Below are positions 1 to 7,540 of a stretch of DNA of 29,926 nt, in pieces. Source of the DNA: a virus (lineage: Duplodnaviria > Caudoviricetes); the IMG/VR virus record IMGVR_UViG_3300030389_004227, positions 1 through 29,926 of that record, one strand, 5' to 3'. A program made the position numbers and the translations under genes. Every line of letters begins with the position of its first letter. Within the stretch, counting starts at the first letter, position 1. The notes below the pieces were generated by a model. It did not search any database. It was not told the DNA's origin and worked only from the letters and a program-made list of their open reading frames with translations.

Positions 1-1809
1 GTGCAGCGCCTCAATCTCAAGCAAATCAGCCCCTGCATCATCGGCGTCCTCGCCCGCGTGGCTGGCCTGCACAACGGCGAGTTTGGCATCTTGCTGCGTG
101 TCAAAAGGCCCAACGCGTTTAAACATGAGGACATCTTCCTGCCCGCCTCAAAACTCGTCAGCAAGGCAAAGCTCAAGGAGTCCCTTGGCGAATGGGGCAT
201 CAACATCCTGCCAAGTCGCTCGACCCGCGACACCCGAGAGACGGATTTTTTGTCTTGGTTCATCGACTCGCACAGCACCCGTCTAATCTACAACCTTGGC
301 CGCATTGGCCACGCTCTTGGGCCAAACGAAGAGCCGTGCTTCGCCTTGCCTCATGAAGTCATTGGCCTTGAGAAAACCGCTAGGGTTCTTCGGTCAGATA
401 AAGAGGCTCTCTTGCCACCTGTGCAGAAGTCAGGCTCTCTGGCTGGCTGGCATGACGCGCTGAACCAATTGAAGACAGAGGACGGCCAGGAGCGCCACCA
501 GCTCAGCCTCTTCTTTGTCATGGCTGCCTTGGCTGCGCCATTGCTCCGATACCTCTCCGTTGAGGCCGGGGGATTTCACGCGTACGGCGAAAGCTCTAAG
601 GGTAAGACCCTGGCCGCCAGAGTAGGCGCATCCGCTTGGGGTCCTGTCTATCATGGCAAGGGTGCCGATGACCTCTACTATCAAAAGTGGTACTCGACCA
701 AGAACGGCCTAGAGGGCTTGGCCACTCAGTTCAACGACATCCCGCTGATTCTCGATGAGAGCAAGGAAGCGGCAGATGAAGACGTCGCCGATGCGTGCTA
801 TGTCCTTGCGCACGGCGTGGGTAAGTCCACCATGACAAAGACGCGAGAGCTGCGACGCGCCAAGAAGTGGCAAACCCTGCTTCTGAGCACTGGCGAGCAG
901 AGCATCGACGAGACAATCCGGCGCAGCAAGCGCGACGAGATGGTTGGGCAGCGCGTGAGGATGATCGACATCCAATGCACTGCCAAAGGGATCACGCCTA
1001 CCCTGCCTCAAAAAAGCCTGCGGGAGTTTGGTCGCCTGGTGCGTTTAAACCATGGTCACGCTGGCCCGCTCTTTGTTCGCCACCTGCTGCAAGCACGCCC
1101 GGAAGACCTGAGCGCCCAGTATACCAACATTGCCGAGAAGAGAAGAAAGGGACTTATCGCAAACACGGAGAAGCGCGTTGCCGAACGGTTTGCCATTGTC
1201 GAGCTGGCTGGTGCCCTCGCAAAGGAATGGGGCATCCTCCCGAGCTGGTTTACACCTGAGCAAACAGTCGCCCGCCTTCACTCTCAGTTTTGTCGCGACC
1301 TGAGCGGAACGAACCTAAGTGAGATTGATATCGGCATGGCGCTCGTTCTGGATTACGTTGAGACTCGCCTTGGTCGAGAGATTATTGAGGTGCAAAAAGC
1401 GGCACCCACCACAGGCATGCCCGATCTGCAAGAACAGCAAACACCAAAAGGTCCGCGTGTTGGCTGGCTTGTCTTGCTCGAAGGGCAACCGCCTTCCCTC
1501 TGGCTCCCTGTCCCTGGTCTCAAAAAGATACTCGACGGCCGTCCACACCTGCCTTTTGTCAGAGCCATGAAGGATAAGAATATCTTACTGGTTTCACCAT
1601 CAGCTAAGAACCTAACCAAGCGGCGACCGCAGTTTCGTACCGCAGAGAGCGGCAGCGACCAAGGCAAGTCAATCGATGCAGTCACGTCAGTCGGAAGCCA
1701 GAAAGTCAAGTCCAGTGCACACTACGGATACGAGTTCGACCTGCAAAAAATGTCCCAATACGCAAACGGAGAAATGCCCGAGACTGGTGCAACAAATGCG
1801 GCATCATGA
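1..1809 (+). CDS. DUF927-family P-loop protein (primase-associated helicase/replication protein), probably 5'-truncated
   Basis: Walker A GESSKGKT, Walker B LILDE, and the motifs GFHAYG, STKNGLE, LLSTGE and GQRVRMIDI typical of DUF927/Cch-like helicases; the frame is open from the window edge. Confidence 0.8.
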   Translation: MQRLNLKQISPCIIGVLARVAGLHNGEFGILLRVKRPNAFKHEDIFLPASKLVSKAKLKESLGEWGINILPSRSTRDTRETDFLSWFIDSHSTRLIYNLGRIGHALGPNEEPCFALPHEVIGLEKTARVLRSDKEALLPPVQKSGSLAGWHDALNQLKTEDGQERHQLSLFFVMAALAAPLLRYLSVEAGGFHAYGESSKGKTLAARVGASAWGPVYHGKGADDLYYQKWYSTKNGLEGLATQFNDIPLILDESKEAADEDVADACYVLAHGVGKSTMTKTRELRRAKKWQTLLLSTGEQSIDETIRRSKRDEMVGQRVRMIDIQCTAKGITPTLPQKSLREFGRLVRLNHGHAGPLFVRHLLQARPEDLSAQYTNIAEKRRKGLIANTEKRVAERFAIVELAGALAKEWGILPSWFTPEQTVARLHSQFCRDLSGTNLSEIDIGMALVLDYVETRLGREIIEVQKAAPTTGMPDLQEQQTPKGPRVGWLVLLEGQPPSLWLPVPGLKKILDGRPHLPFVRAMKDKNILLVSPSAKNLTKRRPQFRTAESGSDQGKSIDAVTSVGSQKVKSSAHYGYEFDLQKMSQYANGEMPETGATNAAS

Positions 1810-1972
1810 TTGGTTTTATCCCATGACTGACAACTACACGGTCTTTCTTCGCGGCGAGGCGGCACGACGTCGCATCATGTTTAAACTCAACAAGCTGCCG
1901 CGGGAAGAGGCCCACGCACTTTGGGTAAAGTACGCGCCGGAATCAATGCCTAGTCCTTTTTTAGACACGTAA
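1796..1972 (+). CDS. small hypothetical phage protein (HDWxY-type)
   Basis: MRHHDWFYPMTDNYTVFLRG...LWVKYAP resembles a recurrent small phage protein; overlaps the upstream stop; alternative GTG start at 1787. Confidence 0.55.
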   Translation: MRHHDWFYPMTDNYTVFLRGEAARRRIMFKLNKLPREEAHALWVKYAPESMPSPFLDT

Positions 1973-2027
1973 CCCAGGTAATTTGTCAGGGCCCTGTGTC
2001 ATATTGAGACCTTACAAAGAGGAATGA

Positions 2028-2720
2028 ATGCCACTAACTTCAACAAATAAAAAGAATCAGCGCAAGATAACCGCCGGTCTGTACGGCGAGAGTGCTGCCG
2101 GTAAAACGTCATTGGTAAAAACATGCGCATCGGAAGATGGCGATTTCAGCTCTGTCCTTTTGGCGGATGCGGATAATGGCACCCTGGCGCTGCGAGGTAT
2201 TGATATCCCTGTGTGGAGCATTGAGACCGAAGCCGACGTGACCGACATGCTTGGCTACTTACAGAGTCCAGAGGGCGCTCATGTTCGTTGGGTCTGGTTT
2301 GACTCACTAACCGCTGCCGGTACGATGAAGCTAAACGCCGAGAAGGCCAAAGAGAGCAATCCGATGCGGGCCTACGGCAACACCCAAGACTGGTGTCTTA
2401 GCCTGATCGGGCAGCTCAACAAGCTACCGCAAAACATCGTGTACATCTGTGAGTTGGATAAGGTCACAGATGAGCAGGGTCGCATTTTATTTGGCCCATC
2501 GATGCCAGGGTCAAAGCTTGGCAACAAGCTGCCGTACTACGTCGATTTTATGTTTGCGCTCCAGGTCGTCTCCTCAGAAGACGGCCAGACAGTACGACGT
2601 ATGCAGTGCAACCCATGCGGTCGATGGACCGCCAAGGACCGCTCCGGCATGCTGCCCCAATACCTCGAACAAGACAGAATACACTTTGGCAAAATGGCCC
2701 AAGCGATTCTCAAGAACTAA
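2028..2720 (+). CDS. Sak4-like / AAA_24 ATPase (ssDNA annealing recombinase)
   Basis: LYGESAAGKTS Walker A, WFDSLT Walker B, C-terminal AKDRSG motif; SD GAGG upstream; followed by an SSB gene as is usual for Sak4. Confidence 0.85.
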   Translation: MPLTSTNKKNQRKITAGLYGESAAGKTSLVKTCASEDGDFSSVLLADADNGTLALRGIDIPVWSIETEADVTDMLGYLQSPEGAHVRWVWFDSLTAAGTMKLNAEKAKESNPMRAYGNTQDWCLSLIGQLNKLPQNIVYICELDKVTDEQGRILFGPSMPGSKLGNKLPYYVDFMFALQVVSSEDGQTVRRMQCNPCGRWTAKDRSGMLPQYLEQDRIHFGKMAQAILKN

Positions 2721-2735
2721 CAGGACCTAACCTTA

Positions 2736-3263
2736 ATGATGACTACGTTTAACCGACAAAGCTATGAATCACGCGCACAGACTCCAAGCACTGAGTTTGC
2801 TGCTTTGCCAGAAGGCAGTTACCGAGCAACTGTGACCGGCGGTACTGTTGGCGTTCACGACGCTGGCGATACATTTTGGGAGCTAGAGTTCACAGTTCGA
2901 GACCATCCTGAGTATGCGGGTCGCAAAATTTGGCGCAAGTACCGTTTAAACCACGCAGACGCAAGACAGGCGCAATGGGACAAGAATCGGTTTGGCCAGG
3001 TTTACGAGGCTCTTAATTACCATCACGAAGTGACTCATCCAGAGCAGATGCGTTCTAGCCTGGTCGTTGAGATTGTGCTCGACCAATGGACCAACAACAA
3101 AGGGAAGATTGCCAACAGTGTGAAGTACGTCAACGCTGCAATGCCAAATCCTGCCGCCACCGCTGGCGCCGTCGCTGCAATTGCCAGTGAGTTTCCCGGC
3201 GCTACGGTCGAATGTTCCACCCCGGTAGCTCCTGCTCCAGATGCCCAGGAGATCCCGTGGTGA
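2736..3263 (+). CDS. DUF669-like single-stranded DNA-binding protein
   Basis: LPEGSYRATV...LEFTV...GRKIW OB-fold-like pattern, Ala/Pro-rich linker and acidic-aromatic tail EIPW. Confidence 0.75.
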   Translation: MMTTFNRQSYESRAQTPSTEFAALPEGSYRATVTGGTVGVHDAGDTFWELEFTVRDHPEYAGRKIWRKYRLNHADARQAQWDKNRFGQVYEALNYHHEVTHPEQMRSSLVVEIVLDQWTNNKGKIANSVKYVNAAMPNPAATAGAVAAIASEFPGATVECSTPVAPAPDAQEIPW

Positions 3264-3266
3264 CTT

Positions 3267-3311
3267 GGAGGGGCCTCATCTTCATCCTCTCTTCCGTGCC
3301 GAGGCCCCTCC
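3267..3311 (+). other. intergenic stem-loop with 11-bp perfect stem and 23-nt pyrimidine-rich loop
   Basis: GGAGGGGCCTC (3267-3277) is the exact reverse complement of GAGGCCCCTCC (3301-3311). Confidence 0.7.
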
Positions 3312-3321
3312 CTTTCCTCCG

Positions 3322-4197
3322 ATGAGTATCTTAATTGACAAGATTCGCGCAGCCGTAGAGGCAAGGGCAAAGCAGGAGAAGCGTCGGTATTACATCGGCG
3401 CTTCTTCTGTCGGCGCAGAGTGCGAACGTCAGTGTCTTTTCAACCACGTCCACGCCAGTGATGACAATTACTCAGCCGACACCTTGTTTCGGTTTGAGGA
3501 TGGGCACAGAACCGAGGAACTGATTGCCGAACGCATACGATTGGTCGATGGGGTTGAGCTTTTCACGCACAAGCCTGATGGTTCCCAGTTCGGCTTCTCT
3601 GCTCTCAATGGGCATTTCCGTGGCCACATAGATGGCGTGATTAAAGGACATCCCGAGCTAGATGAGCCAGCGATTTGGGAATGCAAAGCCACAAGTGAAA
3701 AAAACTTTAGAGCGTTTAAACGACTCAAGGAAAAGCGTCGGCATGAAGATGTGCTGTTGAAGTGGAACGAAGTTTATTATGGTCAGGCTATGCTCTACTG
3801 CCATTTCTTTGACCTCGATTACCATTACCTCAGTGTAGCTACGCCTGGCGGTCGTGACCTAGATGACCTCATCACACCAGCCAACGGCGCGTATGCGACC
3901 AGCCTGATCGACAAGGCAAAGAGTATTCTTAAGAACCCGGAGCTACCGCCGCGCATCAGCGCAGATCCCAAGTTTTTCAAATGCGCGTGGTGTGCCCATC
4001 ATCGCCTTTGCCATCGGCAAAGTGGCGACTCCGATCCGATTCAGTACGTCAATCGAAACTGTCGAACGTGCAAATTCGCCGAGCCCATCATGGATGGAGA
4101 AGATGGTGGCTGGCGATGCGCGACTCACAACGTCGAGCTGACTGAGCAAGGTCAGTCCGAAGGGTGTGAGTTATGGGTCAACGCATGGCTAAATTGA
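3322..4197 (+). CDS. Cas4-like PD-(D/E)XK exonuclease with Cys cluster and extra C-terminal Cys/His finger
   Basis: IGASSVGAECERQ, GHIDG, WECK, QAMLY, CAWC...C, then CRTC...WRC..H...C; start chosen at ATG 3322 downstream of the hairpin. Confidence 0.8.
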   Translation: MSILIDKIRAAVEARAKQEKRRYYIGASSVGAECERQCLFNHVHASDDNYSADTLFRFEDGHRTEELIAERIRLVDGVELFTHKPDGSQFGFSALNGHFRGHIDGVIKGHPELDEPAIWECKATSEKNFRAFKRLKEKRRHEDVLLKWNEVYYGQAMLYCHFFDLDYHYLSVATPGGRDLDDLITPANGAYATSLIDKAKSILKNPELPPRISADPKFFKCAWCAHHRLCHRQSGDSDPIQYVNRNCRTCKFAEPIMDGEDGGWRCATHNVELTEQGQSEGCELWVNAWLN

Positions 4198-4685
4198 AGA
4201 AGCCAGACAGACCAGAAAGGGTGATACTCGTGGCTGATTTGTGGACACCGCTGGGTTTTCTCCAGGCCCAAAAACCAAAGCGGCGCAGGAAAAAGAGCTC
4301 GATACCAACAGAGGCCCAAGAGCAGACCCGCGTTGTCGGTGCGCTGCGCACTGAGGGGGTGCCCGTCTTTGCTGTGCCCAACAATCCCCGAGGCAAAATT
4401 CACGGCGCTCAACTAAAACGCCAAGGGCTATCTGCTGGTGTCCCTGATCTCATCCTGCCCAAGCCCTCGCCCAAGTATAAAGTACCTACAGCTATCGAAA
4501 TGAAGCGGGTCAAGGGTGGTCGAGTATCTGACAATCAAAAGAAGTGGCATCGTATCCTTGGCCGCGATTGCAACTGGAAGGTCTACGTCTGCAACGGAGC
4601 AGAGGAGGCTTTTGAGATTTTGCGAATGCTTGGCTACCTACCCAAAACGAGTCCCAAGCCGAAAGGAAAAGGCGACAAAAAGTGA
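4185..4685 (+). CDS. VRR-NUC domain nuclease (Holliday junction resolvase-like)
   Basis: AVPN...LKRQGLSAGVPDL...IEMKR..GGRVSDNQKKW. Confidence 0.85.
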   Translation: MAKLKKPDRPERVILVADLWTPLGFLQAQKPKRRRKKSSIPTEAQEQTRVVGALRTEGVPVFAVPNNPRGKIHGAQLKRQGLSAGVPDLILPKPSPKYKVPTAIEMKRVKGGRVSDNQKKWHRILGRDCNWKVYVCNGAEEAFEILRMLGYLPKTSPKPKGKGDKK

Positions 4686-4754
4686 CAGAAAGTGCGCAAG
4701 AGATGATAAGTTATGGAGCCCCCCTCTATATTCATTTCAACCTTTCGGCTTGGG
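4653..4754. repeat. 14-bp perfect inverted repeat with 74-nt spacer
   Basis: CCCAAGCCGAAAGG (4653-4666) and CCTTTCGGCTTGGG (4741-4754). Confidence 0.75.
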
Positions 4755-4765
4755 GCGTTTAAACA

Positions 4766-4969
4766 ATGGCACCGATGCGATCTTGCCTGGTGTGCGACCA
4801 TATCTATAGAGGATGCCTAGAGTGCCCGGAGTGCGGCAACCTAACGGGCGAGCCGTTACTTGGTCGCGAGGCGGCGCAGCAGCAAGCTGACATCAAGGCT
4901 GCCAGCGTTATTGACTTCGGTGTTGGAGACATCACCAGCGACGAGATAGAGAACCGTTGGCCCAGCTGA
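4766..4969 (+). CDS. small zinc-ribbon protein
   Basis: CLVC...CPECG; weak SD GGGG; 3' end overlaps the convergent gene by 114 nt. Confidence 0.5.
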   Translation: MAPMRSCLVCDHIYRGCLECPECGNLTGEPLLGREAAQQQADIKAASVIDFGVGDITSDEIENRWPS

Positions 4970-5443
4970 CTGGTAGGGTACGGCAGCGCTGTCGATTGTA
5001 CACTGACCGCTGATTGAGCTGGCGGTGATTACCTCTTCATCGATGATGACACTTACCTGCGTGATTGTGTTGGCGTCGATGACCCCAAGCCGAACGTCAA
5101 AGGTTGGGTCAGAGCCAGAGCTGTGCTGATTATCTGTACAGAGCCAAGTAGCGTTTACACACTCCCAGTCTGTCTGTGTCGATGGTGTCCCTGGTAGCGG
5201 ATGAATATCAAGCACTGAGGCGCCGCTGATGGTTGCGTTTGTTGCGGTTAGGTTCACAATGACAAACTCATAGAAGCCATCAACATAGGCCTTAGTCGTC
5301 GCGTCAGTGCCAGCCGTTGGGGTGGCAATGTTTTGCAGTCGCTGAGACTTTCCATCGAGCGGCCCTTGAATGGTGCCAAGAGAGCGCACGCCTTCGACTT
5401 CGATTACCGCACGCTCGTATATCTCATCCCCTGGCTTAATCAT
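4856..5443 (-). CDS. hypothetical virion/fibre-like protein with YadA/HIM-type neck motif
   Basis: RLQNIATPTAGTDATTKAYVD followed by a beta-rich domain; ATG 5443 overlaps the upstream stop (ATGATTAA). Confidence 0.6.
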   Translation of the reverse strand: MIKPGDEIYERAVIEVEGVRSLGTIQGPLDGKSQRLQNIATPTAGTDATTKAYVDGFYEFVIVNLTATNATISGASVLDIHPLPGTPSTQTDWECVNATWLCTDNQHSSGSDPTFDVRLGVIDANTITQVSVIIDEEVITASSISGQCTIDSAAVPYQSAGPTVLYLVAGDVSNTEVNNAGSLDVSLLLRRLATK

Positions 5444-5900
5444 GGTGCAGCCGACCCCAGCCAAAGTGACGATCTGCCCAGCGAGCTGCTTTACGCCCTT
5501 GGAGGCCACGCACGTCCACGTGCACGAAGCTCGGGTAGAGGCCTAGGCCAAGGCTTATCGGCCGACCAAAACTCTCTAAAGCCATGTATAAGCGACACAT
5601 ATTCAAAGGGTTTCGGAGCCCGGCATTTGAGTAGGTAACATCCGCAGCGAAGCCAATCCTGTCGGCGACCTTACCCTTAAGCGGGTAGCCGAGGTGCAGG
5701 CTAGTAGAAACGCCACCCACGGCCAGGTTGTGATTGTCGCAGCGCACGCCGCTGTTGATACGCAGCGGCACGCCAAGGTGCTCCCGAGCCTTATCGAGCA
5801 CCTTGACAAGCTCCGGCTTTACTTTGTCCATTGAGCAACGCCCGCAACTGCAAGCGAACTCCGAAGGACGAAAGTATTTACCTGGCCAACCCTTGCTCAT
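5436..5900 (-). CDS. peptidase M15A-like endolysin
   Basis: YFRPSEFAC.CG.C, INSGVRC..HN..VGG...SLH, AAD, FVHVDVR. Confidence 0.85.
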   Translation of the reverse strand: MSKGWPGKYFRPSEFACSCGRCSMDKVKPELVKVLDKAREHLGVPLRINSGVRCDNHNLAVGGVSTSLHLGYPLKGKVADRIGFAADVTYSNAGLRNPLNMCRLYMALESFGRPISLGLGLYPSFVHVDVRGLQGRKAARWADRHFGWGRLHHD

Positions 5901-6007
5901 TTTGGCTTTTTCTTTGGCTTCATCTTCTTAGGCTTTACCTTCTTGGGCATCTTGTTTTTGCCCTTTGCCGCCTTCTTCGAGCCCTTCATAGAACCATAGT
6001 TTATCAT
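5897..6007 (-). CDS. 36-aa Lys-rich microprotein (not in the ORF track)
   Basis: MINYGSMKGSKKAAKGKNKMPKKVKPKKMKPKKKPK, 16/36 Lys; AGGA upstream; stop overlaps the endolysin start (ATGA). Confidence 0.6.
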   Translation of the reverse strand: MINYGSMKGSKKAAKGKNKMPKKVKPKKMKPKKKPK

Positions 6008-6596
6008 CTCGGTAATTCCTTGCTGTGTTGCTAAAGTAAATCTCCTCACAAGCCTCAAAGTCCGGTGGTCCCGAAACTTTGGTTAAGCTGTGATCTGTCC
6101 ACAAAATGCGGTTATTTGGCATTGAGCAGTATTGCCCGCTGCCATCGTCGAGCTGCAAAATATTCTGGCTCTTGTGCTGTTCTGGCACTGACGCACAAGT
6201 TGGCATCAGGGCGCCATCAGCATCAGCCTGGTCGACGGTGCAGACGTAGCAGCCGTTTACCAGCTCGTCGTTGATCTTCACCCTTGCGTCCAGGTGACGA
6301 AGGCCGTCCTTCACAATCGTGGTAATGTGCCAGGCATCAATATCCCAAAGCGCAAGATCGGCTTGCTTGTGTCGACAATCACCATCGCGGTCGTGCACGA
6401 ATGCTTCGATTGGGAGCTTATCGTAAAGCGCGCCGTTCTCTAAAAGCGTCTCGAAAAGCAAAGCCCTATGCTTCTGCGCTTTTACGCTGATCCAATAGCC
6501 GCGCATGAACTCACCGTGGCCTTGCTTCTGATTGTACAGAAATTCTTTGCGAACCCAGACGGGTTCCAGAGGTAGATTGGCTACCAGAAAACTCAT
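5928..6596 (-). CDS. conserved hypothetical phage protein
   Basis: LVANLP...VRKEFLY...GHGEF..GYWISVK...GALYDKLPI...EQHK...PNNR resembles a family I recall from aquatic phages; ATGA-coupled to the upstream gene. Confidence 0.75.
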   Translation of the reverse strand: MSFLVANLPLEPVWVRKEFLYNQKQGHGEFMRGYWISVKAQKHRALLFETLLENGALYDKLPIEAFVHDRDGDCRHKQADLALWDIDAWHITTIVKDGLRHLDARVKINDELVNGCYVCTVDQADADGALMPTCASVPEQHKSQNILQLDDGSGQYCSMPNNRILWTDHSLTKVSGPPDFEACEEIYFSNTARNYRDDKLWFYEGLEEGGKGQKQDAQEGKA

Positions 6597-6835
6597 CGTT
6601 TTTTACCTTTGTGCAGCCCGTGGCGAGCGTGCTGTTTGCCAGCTTTCGTTGCGGCGCGTTTTTTCCGATTTGCAGCTGCCAACTTTTTCCGACCGGCCGG
6701 AGTGCTCTTCAGCTTTTTAATCGTGGCAGCTGGCGCGTACACCTCGCCGGTCTCCGACGACTTCTTGCCCGACGGGGTTCGCCACTTTTGGCTGCCCCAG
6801 CGCTTGAGGCTTCTTTGCGATTTCTTCAACGCCAT
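6593..6835 (-). CDS. basic small protein, DUF5872-like C-terminal half
   Basis: MALKKSQRSLKRWGSQKWRTPSGKKS..TGEVYAP; TAATG overlap with the upstream gene. Confidence 0.7.
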   Translation of the reverse strand: MALKKSQRSLKRWGSQKWRTPSGKKSSETGEVYAPAATIKKLKSTPAGRKKLAAANRKKRAATKAGKQHARHGLHKGKKR

Positions 6836-7026
6836 TAGCTTTTGTACCCGCCACCGGCAGCCTTGTACTGCTTGGCAAGCATTTGCGCTTTCCGTGCCGA
6901 CCACTGACCAGGCTTGCCGCCTTTGCCACCTGCTTTTATCTTGTTAAAAAGACGCTTTCGCATTGCTGGCTTAGTGTAGTTGCCTGCCTCGTTCACCCGG
7001 CTCTTCGGCTTTTTTTTGACCGCCAT
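6835..7026 (-). CDS. basic small protein, DUF5872-like N-terminal half
   Basis: YTKP.MRKRL...KGGKPGQWSARKAQMLAKQYKAAGGGY; SD GAGGAG; TGATG overlap. Confidence 0.75.
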   Translation of the reverse strand: MAVKKKPKSRVNEAGNYTKPAMRKRLFNKIKAGGKGGKPGQWSARKAQMLAKQYKAAGGGYKS

Positions 7027-7286
7027 CACTTTCTCCTCGATTTTGCGCCCACGCACTTCCAACGCTTGCGTGATAAATTGTTGGGCGTGTTAGGGTCGTT
7101 CTGCTTCTTCTTGCTGAGGCGTTTCTTGATGCCGAGGCTGCGAGCGCAATAGCTGTCGGCCTTGGAGGTCCCTGGCTTGACACGCGGCCCGCCGTCTTTG
7201 GCTCTGCCTGCCTGACCGTAAGACACGCGCTTTGTGCCTCGCTTTGTCTTAACGACTTTGACCTTGGCTTTACCCTTCGCAGGCAT
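7026..7286 (-). CDS. basic small protein (SYCARS...KRWKC motif, possibly DUF6321-related)
   Basis: Lys/Arg-rich; YGQAG...SYCARS...DPNTPNNLSRKRWKC; SD GGAGG; TGATG overlap. Confidence 0.7.
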   Translation of the reverse strand: MPAKGKAKVKVVKTKRGTKRVSYGQAGRAKDGGPRVKPGTSKADSYCARSLGIKKRLSKKKQNDPNTPNNLSRKRWKCVGAKSRRK

Positions 7287-7540
7287 CAAAACCTCCAACG
7301 CAGGCCAGCAGTAGCCGACCAGTTTAAACGCTCGTCGAGCTGTAGCGCTCCCGACGCGAACCCGGTGAGGTTGCCAGTGAGTTTTCCAGCCATCTCTGCA
7401 ACGGCTTCGGCGCGAACTGCATCGCTGCCAGTGCCCCGAGCACGTAACCCGAGGTGGCCAACAAAATGGTCTTGTCCCAGAGCGAGCGCTGCTTTTTGCG
7501 CCGGTTCATTCAACTCTCCTCTGAGCCCGATGGCTTTCCC
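7286..7540 (-). CDS. putative -1 frameshift extension of the holin-like protein (4 beta-strands, C-terminal beta-signal)
   Basis: Open -1 frame entered at GGGAAAG (7540-7534); ends WSATAGLRWRF; its stop overlaps the next gene's ATG; lacks a well-spaced start of its own. Confidence 0.6.
   Translation of the reverse strand, partial: GKAIGLRGELNEPAQKAALALGQDHFVGHLGLRARGTGSDAVRAEAVAEMAGKLTGNLTGFASGALQLDERLNWSATAGLRWRF

Noticed and set aside
3241-3321. Longer N-terminus for the exonuclease
   Set aside because: It runs through the intergenic hairpin and gives Pro-rich, non-domain-like sequence
3322-4197. CRISPR-Cas system suggested by the Cas4-like nuclease
   Set aside because: No repeat-spacer array or other cas gene seen; the Sak4-SSB-exonuclease context indicates phage recombination
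5444-5509. Upstream start for the 217-aa ORF
   Set aside because: It lies inside the endolysin gene; the coupled ATG at 5443 is more plausible
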